Positions 62,940 to 64,000 of a stretch of DNA of 64,000 bases are shown here, in pieces (within the stretch, counting starts at the first letter, position 1; each line of letters starts with the position of its first letter). Below the pieces are notes generated by a model, which made no database searches, was not told the origin of the DNA, and saw only the letters and a program-made list of their open reading frames with translations. This DNA is from a virus. Taxonomy: Duplodnaviria; Heunggongvirae; Uroviricota; Caudoviricetes. The stretch lies in IMG/VR virus record IMGVR_UViG_3300044984_001938; one strand, 5' to 3'. The position numbers and the translations under genes were made by a program.

Positions 62940-63626
62940 TTACACAAATTTATTATAGTATTCCTCTGCTCTGTACCACATTTTAGTTACATACTGGTCC
63001 CATTCAGCCCCTTCAATTATGAATTCTTGATACACGTTGTCTTTGGTACACATAAAGATAACACCTTTGCGTATTTTAGTACCATGAACTTCATTATGTG
63101 CGGTTCCATAAAATACTAGTTGTAAAAAGTAATCATCAATCCACTCTCGTTTTTTTAGCTTATTTGTTTGCTTGAAGTCCATAATTGCATCTGATCCACT
63201 ATGAACTCCACACAAGTCAGTAGTACCTGCATATATCTTAGGATAGTGAAGTGGAACTTCTGTTCCCCAGTATTCATTACAGTTTATCAGTCCCTGCTCA
63301 ATAATTTGCTTTGCCATACTATGGCTTTGTATGCTGTATGGATTTGATCCAGATGCAGTAACTATGCCAGTCTTAATATAATCCTCTAAGAATTTATGCA
63401 TTCTTGTTCCGCGACTTGCAGCTTCAGTGGTAATTTCTTGTGCTTTTTGAACTCCAACGGACCTTCGCCAATTTTGTAATGCTTGTTTACTTTCTTCTGA
63501 TTTGGTTGCTTCTAGTATTGTAGTAACACTTGGCAGCTTCTCGCCATCTGGTGTGGCATATCGGCGACCTTCAGAGGTATCAGTTCTTTTAATTGGTTCG
63601 TATTTATATTTGTTTGGATTATACAT
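62940..63626 (-). CDS. PD-(D/E)XK exonuclease (RecB/Cas4/MGME1-like)
   Basis: LPSVTTIL, RGTRMH..LE, EVPL..YAGTTDL, IMDFKQT, YFLQL. Confidence 0.85.
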   Translation of the reverse strand: MYNPNKYKYEPIKRTDTSEGRRYATPDGEKLPSVTTILEATKSEESKQALQNWRRSVGVQKAQEITTEAASRGTRMHKFLEDYIKTGIVTASGSNPYSIQSHSMAKQIIEQGLINCNEYWGTEVPLHYPKIYAGTTDLCGVHSGSDAIMDFKQTNKLKKREWIDDYFLQLVFYGTAHNEVHGTKIRKGVIFMCTKDNVYQEFIIEGAEWDQYVTKMWYRAEEYYNKFV

Positions 63627-63675
63627 AATTATAGTCAATTATAGTCAATTATATTCCAAGTATCAACTGATTTGG

Positions 63676-63996
63676 TTAGATCCTAAAACTTTCTCCACAT
63701 CCGCATTTATCACGAACATTTGGATTTAAAAATTCAAACCCTTCATTAAGTCCATTGCGGACATAATCTATTGTCATCCCTTGAAGATAGGCACAACTTT
63801 TTGGATCAACATATAAAGCGCACCCGTCACAATCAATTTTCAAATCTTCATTGAGTGGGATATCAACATATTCTAGTACATAGGCCAAACCAGAACAGCC
63901 TGTCGTTTTGACACCTATTCTGATTCCTAATCCCTTACCCCTTTTAGCAAGAGTTTGTTTTACTTTGTTGGTTGCTTTATCGGTAACAGTTATCAT
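63676..63996 (-). CDS. iscA: IscA/HesB-family Fe-S cluster assembly accessory protein
   Basis: GVKTTGCSGLAY, LQGMTIDY, NPNVRDKCGCGESF. Confidence 0.95.
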   Translation of the reverse strand: MITVTDKATNKVKQTLAKRGKGLGIRIGVKTTGCSGLAYVLEYVDIPLNEDLKIDCDGCALYVDPKSCAYLQGMTIDYVRNGLNEGFEFLNPNVRDKCGCGESFRI

Positions 63997-64000
63997 TGTG

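Noticed and set aside
62868-63119. 83-aa plus-strand ORF
   Set aside because: Antisense to the exonuclease 3' end and endonuclease leader; no motifs.
63626-63655. Short direct repeat (AATTATAGTC x2) as an operator
   Set aside because: Only two 10-nt AT-rich copies; cannot be distinguished from chance or slippage.

Overview
A gene-dense, AT-rich 64-kb segment of a large T4-like myophage genome, read in the standard genetic code with most genes on the minus strand. The host is inferred to be a proteobacterium, from perfect sigma70 early promoters and IscA/ClpA/TilS/DnaJ-type genes. Recognisable blocks: (i) ~0.4-13.4 kb, an island of probable capsid-packaged cargo proteins, many with T4-like capsid-targeting N-termini and internal V-x-E protease-type sites; it includes a polyprotein built from cassettes joined by a ~20-nt in-frame DNA repeat, a GNAT+GH19 fusion, nucleotidyltransferases, Dps and a thermonuclease; (ii) proteostasis, replication and auxiliary genes (ClpA, DnaJ, GroES-like, PhoH, clamp loader, DnaE fragment, dNMP kinase, MazG, Nudix, IscA, partial TilS); (iii) morphogenesis genes (sheath, tube, neck, tail terminator, head-completion nuclease, baseplate/Ig protein, GH19 endolysin, holin, two mosaic tail fibres sharing a GC-rich tip); (iv) two GIY-YIG homing endonucleases, one having replaced the 3' end of an exonuclease gene and one apparently fused to an HNH-like domain; (v) an array of promoter+small-ORF early cassettes; (vi) a ~400-nt intergenic, highly structured RNA candidate with a pseudoknot. 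No tRNA, CRISPR array or reverse transcriptase was seen. All family calls come from motif recognition by eye; no searches were run.
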